Shown here in pieces: positions 1 through 7,782 of a DNA stretch of 64,000 nucleotides; the first letter of the stretch is position 1; every line of letters starts with the position of its first letter. The stretch is taken from positions 5,656 through 69,655 of the forward strand of contig CAZTPW010000002.1 in assembly GCA_964615725.1 (NCBI GenBank), written 5' to 3'. The position numbers were made by a program, and so were the translations under genes. Origin of the DNA: an uncultured Candidatus Saccharibacteria bacterium (GTDB lineage Bacteria > Patescibacteriota > Minisyncoccia > Phycocordibacterales > CAZTPW01). The notes under the pieces were generated by a model. The model worked only from the letters and a program-made list of their open reading frames with translations, ran no database searches and was not told where the DNA came from.

Positions 1-110
1 TTCGAACTCCACCGGCTTCATCAGTGGATTGCTTCAATCGGAGGCACCGCCTACGGTCTTCCTTGGTGGCCTTCTGCTCCAGTATTCGCCACCTCGTAGT
101 TTGCATGGTT

Positions 111-138
111 TCAAAAAGGGCGCCCACTGCGGGCGCCC
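111..138 (-). terminator. rho-independent terminator downstream of CDS 161..679
   Basis: GC hairpin GGGCGCCC-ACTGC-GGGCGCCC (118-125/131-138); on the minus strand it is followed by a U-run (complement of A113-117). Confidence 0.6.
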
Positions 139-160
139 TTGATCATATTGTCAAAATTTG

Positions 161-679
161 TCAGAAAACCACCGCATGAGCCGGAGGCTTTTCCAAACCC
201 TCGAATGCATTTTGCAGATCATACATGGTGATATGGTTGATGTCTCGGTTTCCCTCACAATTCCAGTGGGTGTGGGAACTCCCAATAGTTCCATAGACCA
301 TCGCCGCTTGCGTTTTGAAGGTGAGGTTGAGGACGGTACCAACAACGAAATCATTTGTTGAGGGTGAGTCACCGATAATGGTGCGGGTGAGGGTGATCAC
401 CGAGCTCGATGATTGAAAGTGTACAGTGATAGTCTTGCTTTGTTGGAAACACATCACCATTCCATGGCTTGTCTGCCAAGCGATACGGTTCGGTCGAGCC
501 ACATGGTTTGTGGCCTCAGTACTTTTTTCAAGCAACGGCAATTGAGCCTTGCTTCCATGTGACCACTTTGGTAGGAGTACGAATGTTAAAAGGCCTAATA
601 TGGCCAAGGCCATAAAGCCAGCGACAAAAAGGCCGCCATTTCCACCGGTTGGGACACTGCCCATGGTATTTCGATGCAT
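161..679 (-). CDS. hypothetical membrane-anchored protein
   Basis: 172-aa ORF with an N-terminal hydrophobic segment (LFVAGFMALAILGLLTFVLL) and a terminator immediately downstream. No recognisable catalytic motif. Confidence 0.5.
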   Translation of the reverse strand: MHRNTMGSVPTGGNGGLFVAGFMALAILGLLTFVLLPKWSHGSKAQLPLLEKSTEATNHVARPNRIAWQTSHGMVMCFQQSKTITVHFQSSSSVITLTRTIIGDSPSTNDFVVGTVLNLTFKTQAAMVYGTIGSSHTHWNCEGNRDINHITMYDLQNAFEGLEKPPAHAVVF

Positions 680-783
680 ATCAGTAGTTTTTGGTTTTGA
701 GTGTGCGAAAGGTCATTAAAAACAATACCACACTTTTTTATAAAAGCAAGTATTTTGGAGAACTATAGCGCTTTTTTAGAATT

Positions 784-1365
784 CTAATCTTTTCTTAAAT
801 CAGCCACCATAACATGCCATTTCAATCCTGAAGTTGCGGTATAGGTCCCAATATCACTTAGATATTTATGTACCGCGCGCGACGTGGTATTTGTGTCTTC
901 AATTTCACCCACACCAAGTTCAAACCCAAAATCTTTGAGTGCGGATTGCGCACTTACATGAAGTCGATTGAAAGTCATTCCATTTCTGAATTTTTTAGCT
1001 ATGCAAATCTGTGCAAGTATTGCGTATCGATAGTCCCCAAGAGGTTTTTCCTCATAGGTCATCCTCTCTGCATTTTCCACAAGTTCACGTTCAAAGGGGA
1101 TTGATAGCGCGAGTTCTTTACTCATGGTCATGAGATATCCTTTTAGTTCAGTTCCTTGAAGACTTAGATAAATTCCTGTGTCATGAATAATTTTTTCTAA
1201 CTCAACAGTGGTTGGTTCATAATAAAGAAAACCATCACTTTTTTCTTCTTGAGTTAGGTTTTTTGCAAGATTTTCTCTTAACAAGGAAAATATAATCGGG
1301 ATATCATGTATCTCAGCTTTTCTTAAAATGTTTTCGTTAGGTTTTTTAGACTCAAATGAATTCAT
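784..1365 (-). CDS. hypothetical protein, possibly GNAT-like acetyltransferase; AT-rich, likely horizontally acquired
   Basis: The ORF-track entry 784..1488 begins inside the tRNA at 1465..1538, so the start was trimmed to the in-frame ATG at 1363-1365 (MNSFESKK...). The gene is ~35% GC versus ~46% for its neighbours. A GNAT-like core (YRYAILAQICIAKKFRNGMTF) is only weakly recognisable. Confidence 0.45.
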   Translation of the reverse strand: MNSFESKKPNENILRKAEIHDIPIIFSLLRENLAKNLTQEEKSDGFLYYEPTTVELEKIIHDTGIYLSLQGTELKGYLMTMSKELALSIPFERELVENAERMTYEEKPLGDYRYAILAQICIAKKFRNGMTFNRLHVSAQSALKDFGFELGVGEIEDTNTTSRAVHKYLSDIGTYTATSGLKWHVMVADLRKD

Positions 1366-1383
1366 AGAATTTATCAATATTTT

Positions 1384-1424
1384 GTCCGCCCTCTTGGATT
1401 CGAACCAAGGACCGCCGAGGTATA
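1384..1424 (-). repeat. 41-nt duplicate of the 3' half of tRNA-Ile (att-site-like remnant)
   Basis: 1384..1424 (gtccgccctcttggattcgaaccaaggaccgccgaggtata) is 40/41 identical to 1464..1504, the 3' part of the adjacent tRNA. The upstream flank cannot form an acceptor stem, so this is a fragment and not a second tRNA. Confidence 0.7.
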
Positions 1425-1464
1425 CTTCGTATCGGCTCTGCGCTCGCACCTCTGAAAAATCACG

Positions 1465-1538
1465 TCCACCCTCTTGGATTCGAACCAAGGACCGCCGAGG
1501 TATAAGCTCGGTGCTCTAGCCAACTGAGCTAAGGGTGG
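1465..1538 (-). tRNA. tRNA-Ile, anticodon UAU (TAT)
   Basis: The minus-strand read folds as a canonical cloverleaf. Acceptor stem CCACCCT/AGGGTGG. D-arm TAGCTCAGTTGGCTAGAGC. Anticodon stem CCGAG/CTCGG with loop CTTATAC (U33, anticodon UAU, A37). T-arm CTTGG-TTCGAAT-CCAAG. Discriminator A. CCA is not encoded. Confidence 0.8.
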
Positions 1539-1647
1539 ACGTCATTTTTCAAGGCGCTCGTTTGAGCCAATAAGCTCGTTGCGTAAGCCACCATCGCTAA
1601 GGCGGATATGGCTACAAACTATCGCAATGTAAGCCTACCGTATTTTC

Positions 1648-1780
1648 TTGACACCGTCTATTCTGCCGACTAGCATTGGGTTACCATGGTAGCCTTTCAT
1701 GTTGGGTAATGGCCGATTGGTCCTGGCACTGTTGCCTTGTAGGAGGGTGGGTGATACGTCACCGCCCTCTATTTTTTTAT
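1648..1780 (+). ncRNA. candidate small RNA: sigma70-like promoter plus intrinsic terminator with no ORF
   Basis: TTGACA (1648-1653), a 17-nt spacer and TAGCAT (1671-1676). About 100 nt downstream is a hairpin AGGGTGG...CCGCCCT (1744-1768) followed by a T7 run (1772-1778). The unit is convergent with the recG 3' end. It contains an internal hairpin GGTTACCATGGTAGCC. No coding potential. Confidence 0.25.
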
Positions 1781-1785
1781 CTAGC

Positions 1786-3942
1786 TTATTCAAAATGAAT
1801 CTCGTCTTTTTGATGGGCGATATGTGAAGCCAACTTCGGATAGTCTGAGAGGGTAGGGTCTTCATGAATAATGCGTGCAGCTTCGGTCCTTGCGGCTTCT
1901 ACCATTTTAATATTTTTGATGCCTTCCATCGCAAGGTCGGAGAGACCCCATTGTCGACGACCATAGAGTTCGCCTGCGCCACGAAGCATAAGGTCTTGCT
2001 CAGCAAGCTCGAAACCATTTTTTGCTGTGATGAGTGCCTTGAGACGGTCGACAGTCTTCTGACTTTTTGTCTCTGCAAAAAGATAACAGTAAGGTTGATG
2101 CGTTCCTCGAATCACTCGACCGCGAAGCTGGTGAAGTTGTGAGAGGCCAAATCGCTCAGCGCCCTCGATAACGATTACGGTGGCATTCGGTACGTTTACA
2201 CCGACTTCAACCACTGATGTGGCAACGAGAATATCTGTCTTGTGTGCAGAAAAATCAGCCATAATCTCATCTTTTTCTTTTGCCGACATTTTGCTGTGAA
2301 GAATGTCGATTGTGTATTCTTTGAAAATATCACGCTGGAGTCGTTCTGCTTCTTCGGTGACTGATTTTGCATTGAGTGAACCTTCTTTGTCGGGATCGGG
2401 TTCGTAAATGCGAGGGCAAATGATATATGCTTGTCGACCTTCTTTGAGAAGTGCTCGAATGTGTTCGTAGACTTTTTCACGGTTATTAGGCCAGACCATT
2501 TCAGTGATGACAGGTTTTCGTCCGAGGGGCATTTGGTCAAGTAGGGTAATATCAAGATCGCCGTACACCGTCAGTGCGAGCGTTCGCGGAATCGGAGTCG
2601 CCGTCATCGAAAGGAGGTGTGGTGCTCGCCCGTCTTTGCGGGCGAGCTTCTGTCTCTGTGCTGTTCCGAAACGATGTTGCTCATCAATCACTACATACGC
2701 AAGATTTTTAAACTTCACTTCTTTTTGAATGAGCGCATGCGTCCCAATCAAAATCGGAATCTCGCCATTTGCCACCCATTTCAAAAGCTGAGTCCTCGAA
2801 ATATCAGTGAAGCCCTCAGGATTTACCTTTGAAGGAAATTTCTTGCAACCACTCCCAGTAATCAGTCCAATCTGAATCGGCAAATGACGGAAATATTTTA
2901 TAAAAGACTCATAGTGTTGCTTTGCGAGAATCTCAGTCGGCGCCATGTATGCGACTTGGAGTGTCCCAAAATCCTGACCACGCGGTCGAGTGGTGACAAT
3001 AGCGAATGCGGTCGAAGCAGCCACCGCAGTCTTTCCTGAACCGACATCCCCCTCGAGAAGTCGCGACATTGGCGAACTTTTTGAAAAATCAGCGAGGATC
3101 GTCTCAATCGCTCGTGCCTGCGCAGGTGTTTCTTTGAAGGGGAAGCGATCGACAAATTCGCGAATATCTTCGGGTTGTTTCTCAATCGAAAACGCATTCT
3201 GTTCTTCGTAGATCCGACGTTGCATTTGCTTGCGAAGCTGGATCATAAAAATCTCCTCAAAAGCGAAACGTTTCCGTGCAACATCAGCGTCCTGCATTTT
3301 TTGCGGTCCATGAATCCAGACCAGTGCTGTGCGGAGTGATGGTAAGTGATACTGCTCCAAAATCTCCGCGGGGATCGCATCATCTAAAGAATCCAAAAAA
3401 CTCGGCGTCAAAATCTTCTGAATCGCATGATAGATCCAATTCGACGTCACGCCCTTCGACTCCGGATACACAGGATAGAGAATATCTTTCTGACCTTCGC
3501 TTCCAAAGAGGGAATTACCAACACCGATCGGTAACGTCGTCACAACCTCGATCTTCGGATTGCTCATATAAAGCTCACCCTTTCTCTCAGAAATCTTACC
3601 CTCAGCACGCACAAAGCTCTCTTCAGAAATCATCTTCGCGAGATACGGTTGATGAAACCACACCGCCTTGATCGACGAGCTCTGGTCGGTGATCACTGCA
3701 TCGGCCATTGCGATCCTCGTGCGAAAGCCTTTCGATGTTTTGAGTTTGGTGATTTTTCCGAAAATAATTGCAGCATCGCCCTTCTTCAAAGAGGCAATAC
3801 TTTGCACTGAAGCCGTATCGCCATACCGGACAGGGAAATGATAGAGCAAGTCCTCGATCGTCTTGATACCGAGCTTGGTCAAGGCTTTGAGGTGAGCCTC
3901 ATCGAGTCGGCCGATTTCTTTGATAGGTGAATGCAGATTCAT
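1786..3942 (-). CDS. recG: ATP-dependent DNA helicase RecG
   Basis: Walker A GDVGSGKT, DEQH box (VVIDEQHRFG), helicase C-terminal motifs (HQLRGRVIRG) and an N-terminal wedge/helix-hairpin region (KLGIKTIEDLLYHFPVRY). The ORF-track entry 1786..4035 starts at a TTG; the ATG at 3940-3942 (MNLHSPIKEIGRLDE...) gives a typical RecG N-terminus and length (~718 aa). Confidence 0.9.
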   Translation of the reverse strand: MNLHSPIKEIGRLDEAHLKALTKLGIKTIEDLLYHFPVRYGDTASVQSIASLKKGDAAIIFGKITKLKTSKGFRTRIAMADAVITDQSSSIKAVWFHQPYLAKMISEESFVRAEGKISERKGELYMSNPKIEVVTTLPIGVGNSLFGSEGQKDILYPVYPESKGVTSNWIYHAIQKILTPSFLDSLDDAIPAEILEQYHLPSLRTALVWIHGPQKMQDADVARKRFAFEEIFMIQLRKQMQRRIYEEQNAFSIEKQPEDIREFVDRFPFKETPAQARAIETILADFSKSSPMSRLLEGDVGSGKTAVAASTAFAIVTTRPRGQDFGTLQVAYMAPTEILAKQHYESFIKYFRHLPIQIGLITGSGCKKFPSKVNPEGFTDISRTQLLKWVANGEIPILIGTHALIQKEVKFKNLAYVVIDEQHRFGTAQRQKLARKDGRAPHLLSMTATPIPRTLALTVYGDLDITLLDQMPLGRKPVITEMVWPNNREKVYEHIRALLKEGRQAYIICPRIYEPDPDKEGSLNAKSVTEEAERLQRDIFKEYTIDILHSKMSAKEKDEIMADFSAHKTDILVATSVVEVGVNVPNATVIVIEGAERFGLSQLHQLRGRVIRGTHQPYCYLFAETKSQKTVDRLKALITAKNGFELAEQDLMLRGAGELYGRRQWGLSDLAMEGIKNIKMVEAARTEAARIIHEDPTLSDYPKLASHIAHQKDEIHFE

Positions 3943-4025
3943 GTGTGGATATTGTAGCGAAAATACCTTTGAAAAGATATTCAAAAAAGTTGGAATTTGA
4001 TGGTCATATCGATTACAATGCATAT

Positions 4026-4499
4026 ATGAATTCAAAACGCATTATCGGAATCGTTATCGGTATTATTATAATTCTTATCGGAGTGGCGTTTGCGACTCGC
4101 AACCCACAGTCATCATCGACAGATTCTCGTGAGACGGTGCCGGTCATTCCAGCTACTAATGACCAAGCAACCACAACCACTCCTATCAAAGCAACAAGTA
4201 CTCCAGTAAAACCACCCCCAAAACCAACCCCTAAACCAGAAACTCCCGGCATGAATACACCCAATCCTATTACCATGGCAGAAATTGCACAGCACAACAC
4301 AAGCCAGAGCTGTTACTCAGCTATCAATGGTCGAGTCTACAATCTCACCGCATGGATCACGAAGCACCCTGGTGGGTCAGCTCGTATTCTCAAAATCTGT
4401 GGCAAAGATGGAAGTTCAGCATTCAATGCTGAGCACGGTGGTGAGAGCAAACCAGAGGCAATTCTTTCAGAGTATTTTATTGGCGTTCTTAAACAATAA
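4026..4499 (+). CDS. membrane-anchored cytochrome b5-like heme-binding domain protein
   Basis: Start trimmed to the ATG at 4026 (MNSKRIIGIVIGIIIIL...), giving a TM helix. This is followed by a Pro/Thr-rich linker and a C-terminal cyt-b5 HPGG motif (ITKHPGGSARILKICGKDGSSAFNAEHG). Confidence 0.7.
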   Translation: MNSKRIIGIVIGIIIILIGVAFATRNPQSSSTDSRETVPVIPATNDQATTTTPIKATSTPVKPPPKPTPKPETPGMNTPNPITMAEIAQHNTSQSCYSAINGRVYNLTAWITKHPGGSARILKICGKDGSSAFNAEHGGESKPEAILSEYFIGVLKQ

Positions 4500-4508
4500 A
4501 CAATCACA

Positions 4509-5045
4509 ATGAATAGTTCAAAAATTGGAATTATTGTCGCACTTCTCGTCATCGCACTTGGCGGCTGGCTTTGGTATCGTGGTGGAACACAAAAGACCAC
4601 GGAGCAAAATCTCGCTGGCGGTACAATGCTTGCGGGCGATGAATACCATGACAATGGCATGGTAGGAGGGGATGCAGTTGTTGATGATGAATATGTTGTG
4701 GATGACGATACTGATACAGGTGGCGATGGAAATGCAGTAGAAACGGTTGATCTCACTCAAGAGGTTGGCACGACAAAGACTGTCACGGTCAAGGGTGGTA
4801 ATTTCTTCTTTACTCCATCAGTGATCAAGGTGAAAAAGGGCGATACCGTCAAAGTTACCTTTGATAACGTTGGTGGCACTCATGATTTTAAGATTGATGC
4901 ATTCAAAGCATCCACAAAAAAGATTGGCAGCGGAGCGACGGAAACGATTTCCTTTGTTGCAAGCAAGACGGGAAGTTTCGAATACTATTGCTCGGTAGGA
5001 AACCACCGAGGAATGGGCATGAAAGGTACGCTTATTGTAGAGTAG
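4509..5045 (+). CDS. cupredoxin (plastocyanin/azurin-like blue copper protein), membrane-anchored
   Basis: N-terminal TM segment and an acidic linker. The C-terminal type-1 copper site has a His ligand in GGTHDF and the Cys-x-x-His-x-x-Met cluster in YYCSVGNHRGMGMKG. Confidence 0.75.
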   Translation: MNSSKIGIIVALLVIALGGWLWYRGGTQKTTEQNLAGGTMLAGDEYHDNGMVGGDAVVDDEYVVDDDTDTGGDGNAVETVDLTQEVGTTKTVTVKGGNFFFTPSVIKVKKGDTVKVTFDNVGGTHDFKIDAFKASTKKIGSGATETISFVASKTGSFEYYCSVGNHRGMGMKGTLIVE

Positions 5046-5069
5046 GGGCGCTTGGTGTAGCATTACACC

Positions 5070-5630
5070 ATGAATTCATACAATCGTTACATTCTCCCAG
5101 CAATCGGTATTATTGTTGTAATCGCAGTTATTTGGGGCGGTATTTACAGTTCTCGTGGCGGTGAGGTTGTTCAAACCCCCACAAATAATCAACCTCAGAA
5201 AAAAGTAACCTACAATCCACAAGTGAAAAAAGCGACGCCACCAGCGCCTCTAGCAAGTGGATGCGGACTTACTATTACCGCTCCTGAAAATGGTGCCCAG
5301 GCAGTTTTTCCTTTGACTATCACCGGCAAGGTAAACAATGTCATGGCAAAAACAACGGGTTGCGGCTGGACTATTTTTGAAGGTCAGGCTGGTACTGCTC
5401 AGCTCTATCTGAGCTATATCAATGACACATGGATTCCTGTCGAAGGCTCTTCAGCCGTAGTGAAGGTCGTTGGCGATGTTGGCACGACGACAAGTGTGAA
5501 GACGGTGATCAATTTTGATAATAAAAAATATGGCTTGCCAGCAAAGAGCAAGATGAGAATTGTCTTTTATGAAGAGGATGCGAAGGGGGATGGAAGTGGG
5601 GATCGGGTGAATCTGGATTTGATGTTTTAG
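5070..5630 (+). CDS. hypothetical membrane-anchored/secreted protein
   Basis: 186-aa ORF with an N-terminal TM/signal segment (ILPAIGIIVVIAVIWGGIY). No recognised domain. Confidence 0.5.
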   Translation: MNSYNRYILPAIGIIVVIAVIWGGIYSSRGGEVVQTPTNNQPQKKVTYNPQVKKATPPAPLASGCGLTITAPENGAQAVFPLTITGKVNNVMAKTTGCGWTIFEGQAGTAQLYLSYINDTWIPVEGSSAVVKVVGDVGTTTSVKTVINFDNKKYGLPAKSKMRIVFYEEDAKGDGSGDRVNLDLMF

Positions 5631-6223
5631 GACACTTTCCGAGCAATAAAATTGAGGTAGTTTTTTGAACCGGGCTTGAACTGCTCAAAGTAAATAATTT
5701 CAAAACCGTGATGTACTAGGGCCTGTTCGAGTTCGGCTTTAGTATAAAAAGTAAACCAACGAGGTAGATTTACTCCAGAACTCTCACGGTAGCCTTCGAA
5801 ATCTCCCTCAATCATTCCAAGACCAAAAATCCCCTGGGGCGCGAGCACTCGATGAATCTCATCAAGCGCTTTCGATAGGTCTTTTTTAGGGATGTGAAGA
5901 AGTGAAGTGTAAGCCCACACACCTTGAAAGGTGGTGTTGGGAAACGGAAGCGCCAGAAAATCACCCTGAATTGCTTTGAGACCTCGCTCGGCGCAGAGTC
6001 TCACCATTGTCTCTGAGGCATCGATGCACGTAACACTGAGCCCTCTCGCTTGGAGAAGGAGGCCGTCACGACCAGGGCCACTTCCAAGGTCGAGAACTGA
6101 TCCGGTGGTTTTCTGTGTAAAGGTGTCGAGAATAGTGTGGGGGAAGCGCTCCCAGAAGTCGATCGTTTCTTGGTCGTAGTCGTGTGCGAGTTTGTTGTAG
6201 GTGGTTATGGTGAGGGGGTCCAT
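5627..6223 (-). CDS. class I SAM-dependent methyltransferase
   Basis: Motif I VLDLGSGPGRD and downstream motifs; ~200 aa, typical of small-molecule methyltransferases. Confidence 0.8.
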   Translation of the reverse strand: MDPLTITTYNKLAHDYDQETIDFWERFPHTILDTFTQKTTGSVLDLGSGPGRDGLLLQARGLSVTCIDASETMVRLCAERGLKAIQGDFLALPFPNTTFQGVWAYTSLLHIPKKDLSKALDEIHRVLAPQGIFGLGMIEGDFEGYRESSGVNLPRWFTFYTKAELEQALVHHGFEIIYFEQFKPGSKNYLNFIARKVS

Positions 6224-6259
6224 TTTTATCAGTGATACGTATAGAGTTTTTAATCGATA

Positions 6260-6685
6260 TTATTTCTTTGGATTAAATTCCACCGTCCACTCGATGCCAT
6301 ATTTGTCTCGAAACATTGCAAAGTAAGTGCCCCAAGGACTTTCTCCCATTGGCATTTCGACTGAACCGCCCGCTGAGAGTCCGTTGAAAATCTTTTCAGC
6401 TTCTTCTTTGCCGTCTGCGGTGACTGCGATTTTAGATCGATTTTCGTTTTCGTTGACTCGGCCCATTGCTTCTGGGATGTCATTTGCGATCAAGGTGTTG
6501 TGGCCGATAGGGAGGGCGATGCGGAGGATTTTCTCTGCTTCCTTTTCAGGTACGGGGAAGTCAGCGCTTGCGATATCTTTGAAGTGAGTGATGTTGGAGA
6601 ATTCGCCGCCAAAAACGGATTTGTAAAAAGTGAAGGCTTCGAAGGCGTTGCCGTTGAAGTTGATGTAGGGGTTTATTGATGCCAT
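6260..6685 (-). CDS. VOC-family (glyoxalase/PhnB-like) protein
   Basis: 141 aa. N-terminal INPYINFNGNAFEAFTFYKSVFGGE and C-terminal YGIEWTVEF are characteristic of PhnB/3-demethylubiquinone-methyltransferase-like VOC folds. There is a paralog at 43862..44275. Confidence 0.7.
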   Translation of the reverse strand: MASINPYINFNGNAFEAFTFYKSVFGGEFSNITHFKDIASADFPVPEKEAEKILRIALPIGHNTLIANDIPEAMGRVNENENRSKIAVTADGKEEAEKIFNGLSAGGSVEMPMGESPWGTYFAMFRDKYGIEWTVEFNPKK

Positions 6686-6853
6686 AGTTGAAAGTATAGA
6701 CTGGTTTGATAATTAGACAAGGCTAAATCATGAAAGGGATTCGGTCACGGATAATTTTCTCGCCGTCGCTCGAAAATTTCCGCGACCCCGCCTCGCGGTT
6801 CGTCCTGCTAGACTCACAATCGCTGCGGCTTTCTCATCTACCCCCTCTTCTCG

Positions 6854-6899
6854 ACGAACAAAAAATGTCTCACAATTTTGTGAGACATTTTTTGTTCGT
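6854..6899. repeat. perfect 46-nt palindrome (23-bp stem, AATT centre) abutting the tRNA-Ser 3' end
   Basis: acgaacaaaaaatgtctcacaa|ttgtgagacattttttgttcgt is perfectly self-complementary. On the minus strand it begins at the encoded CCA of tRNA-Ser. It is a likely transcript-end hairpin/terminator or a protein-binding palindrome. Confidence 0.6.
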
Positions 6900-6988
6900 G
6901 GCGGAAGGGGGGGGATTCGAACCCCCGAGGCCGTTTAAAGCCTACAGCTTTAGCAAAGCTGCACGATAGACCGCTCTGACACCCCTCC
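6899..6988 (-). tRNA. tRNA-Ser, anticodon GCU (type II, long variable arm)
   Basis: Minus-strand read. Acceptor GGAGGGG/CCCTTCC (one G-U pair). Anticodon stem CAGCT/AGCTG with loop TTGCTAA (anticodon GCU). Long variable arm AGGC...GCCT. T-arm GGGGG-TTCGAAT-CCCCC. Discriminator G with encoded CCA. The D-arm pairing could not be resolved unambiguously by eye. Confidence 0.75.
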
Positions 6989-7023
6989 ATGGGCGTTAGA
7001 TTATCACAATTTATATGATTATT

Positions 7024-7782
7024 CTAGTGCGCGAGACAGAGTGCAATAACACGCTTGGCGCCAGCGCGAATGAGGGTTGCACGCATTTCATGGACCGTAC
7101 TTCCTGTAGTGTAGACATCATCAACAAGCAGAATTGTTGCCCCTGTGATTTTCTGAGAATTGGTGACGGTAAACGCACCCTTGAGATTTTTGAGCCGTGC
7201 TTCTCGGGTATCGGTCTGAGATTGTTTTTCAGTATCACGATTTTTCCGAAGAATGGTGGTGTCCACAAGATACGAATGCTCTGCACTAGGATCGCACCAT
7301 TGGCGGGTGAGCAAAAAATGAATTTGATTGTAGCCTCGCTCGCGAAGCCGTGAGGTGGAAATGGGCGCGGGTATGATGACGGTAGTACCAGCGAGATCGA
7401 AATGTTTTTTGAGGGCAAGAGAAAAACACTGAGCCAGAAGCTCTGCGATGGCAGGATTTTTCATGTATTTGAGCTGGTGGATGGCTTCTGCTCCGAGTGG
7501 AGCTCGATAAGGGAAAAGCACGAGCACATCATCTTCAAGTGCGAGCCTCTCTTGCTTGTCTTGCCATTCGAGAAGGGCTTGGGGTGATACACCAAGCATT
7601 ACCTCTTCCAAAAACCGCGAGGCTTTGAGCGACTGGAGGTACTGAACAAGGAAAGGTTGCGGAAAAAGCAGGTCGAGAGCAAGCTTCCACAGTGTTCTGG
7701 ACCATTTCACGAGCCATGCACCAGCTTTTCCAGGCGGGGTGGGGAAAGACAGCGTCATATATTGTTGATATAATTGTTCCAA
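7024..7782 (-). CDS. comFC: ComF family protein (ComFC-like phosphoribosyltransferase, DNA uptake)
   Basis: C-terminal PRTase motif ILLVDDVYTTGST. ~245 aa. Divergently adjacent to pilM. The ORF-track start is a TTG; an ATG lies at 7756-7758. Confidence 0.75.
   Translation of the reverse strand: MEQLYQQYMTLSFPTPPGKAGAWLVKWSRTLWKLALDLLFPQPFLVQYLQSLKASRFLEEVMLGVSPQALLEWQDKQERLALEDDVLVLFPYRAPLGAEAIHQLKYMKNPAIAELLAQCFSLALKKHFDLAGTTVIIPAPISTSRLRERGYNQIHFLLTRQWCDPSAEHSYLVDTTILRKNRDTEKQSQTDTREARLKNLKGAFTVTNSQKITGATILLVDDVYTTGSTVHEMRATLIRAGAKRVIALCLAH

Noticed and set aside
784-1488. ORF-track 234-aa protein starting at 1488
   Set aside because: Its first 41 codons run through the tRNA-Ile gene and the duplicated tRNA fragment. 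The start was trimmed to the ATG at 1365.
1786-4035. Long RecG version (749 aa) and other long ORF-track versions (3927, 7692, 9506, 18221, 25429, 38436, 42939, 47298, 57206, 58050 starts)
   Set aside because: These starts are TTG/GTG codons chosen by longest-ORF logic. They overlap upstream genes, tRNAs or terminators. Internal ATGs give canonical N-termini: class III pilin leaders, TM anchors, and the RecG N-terminus.
6730-6969. 79-aa plus-strand ORF
   Set aside because: It overlaps tRNA-Ser and the 46-nt palindrome, so it is not coding.
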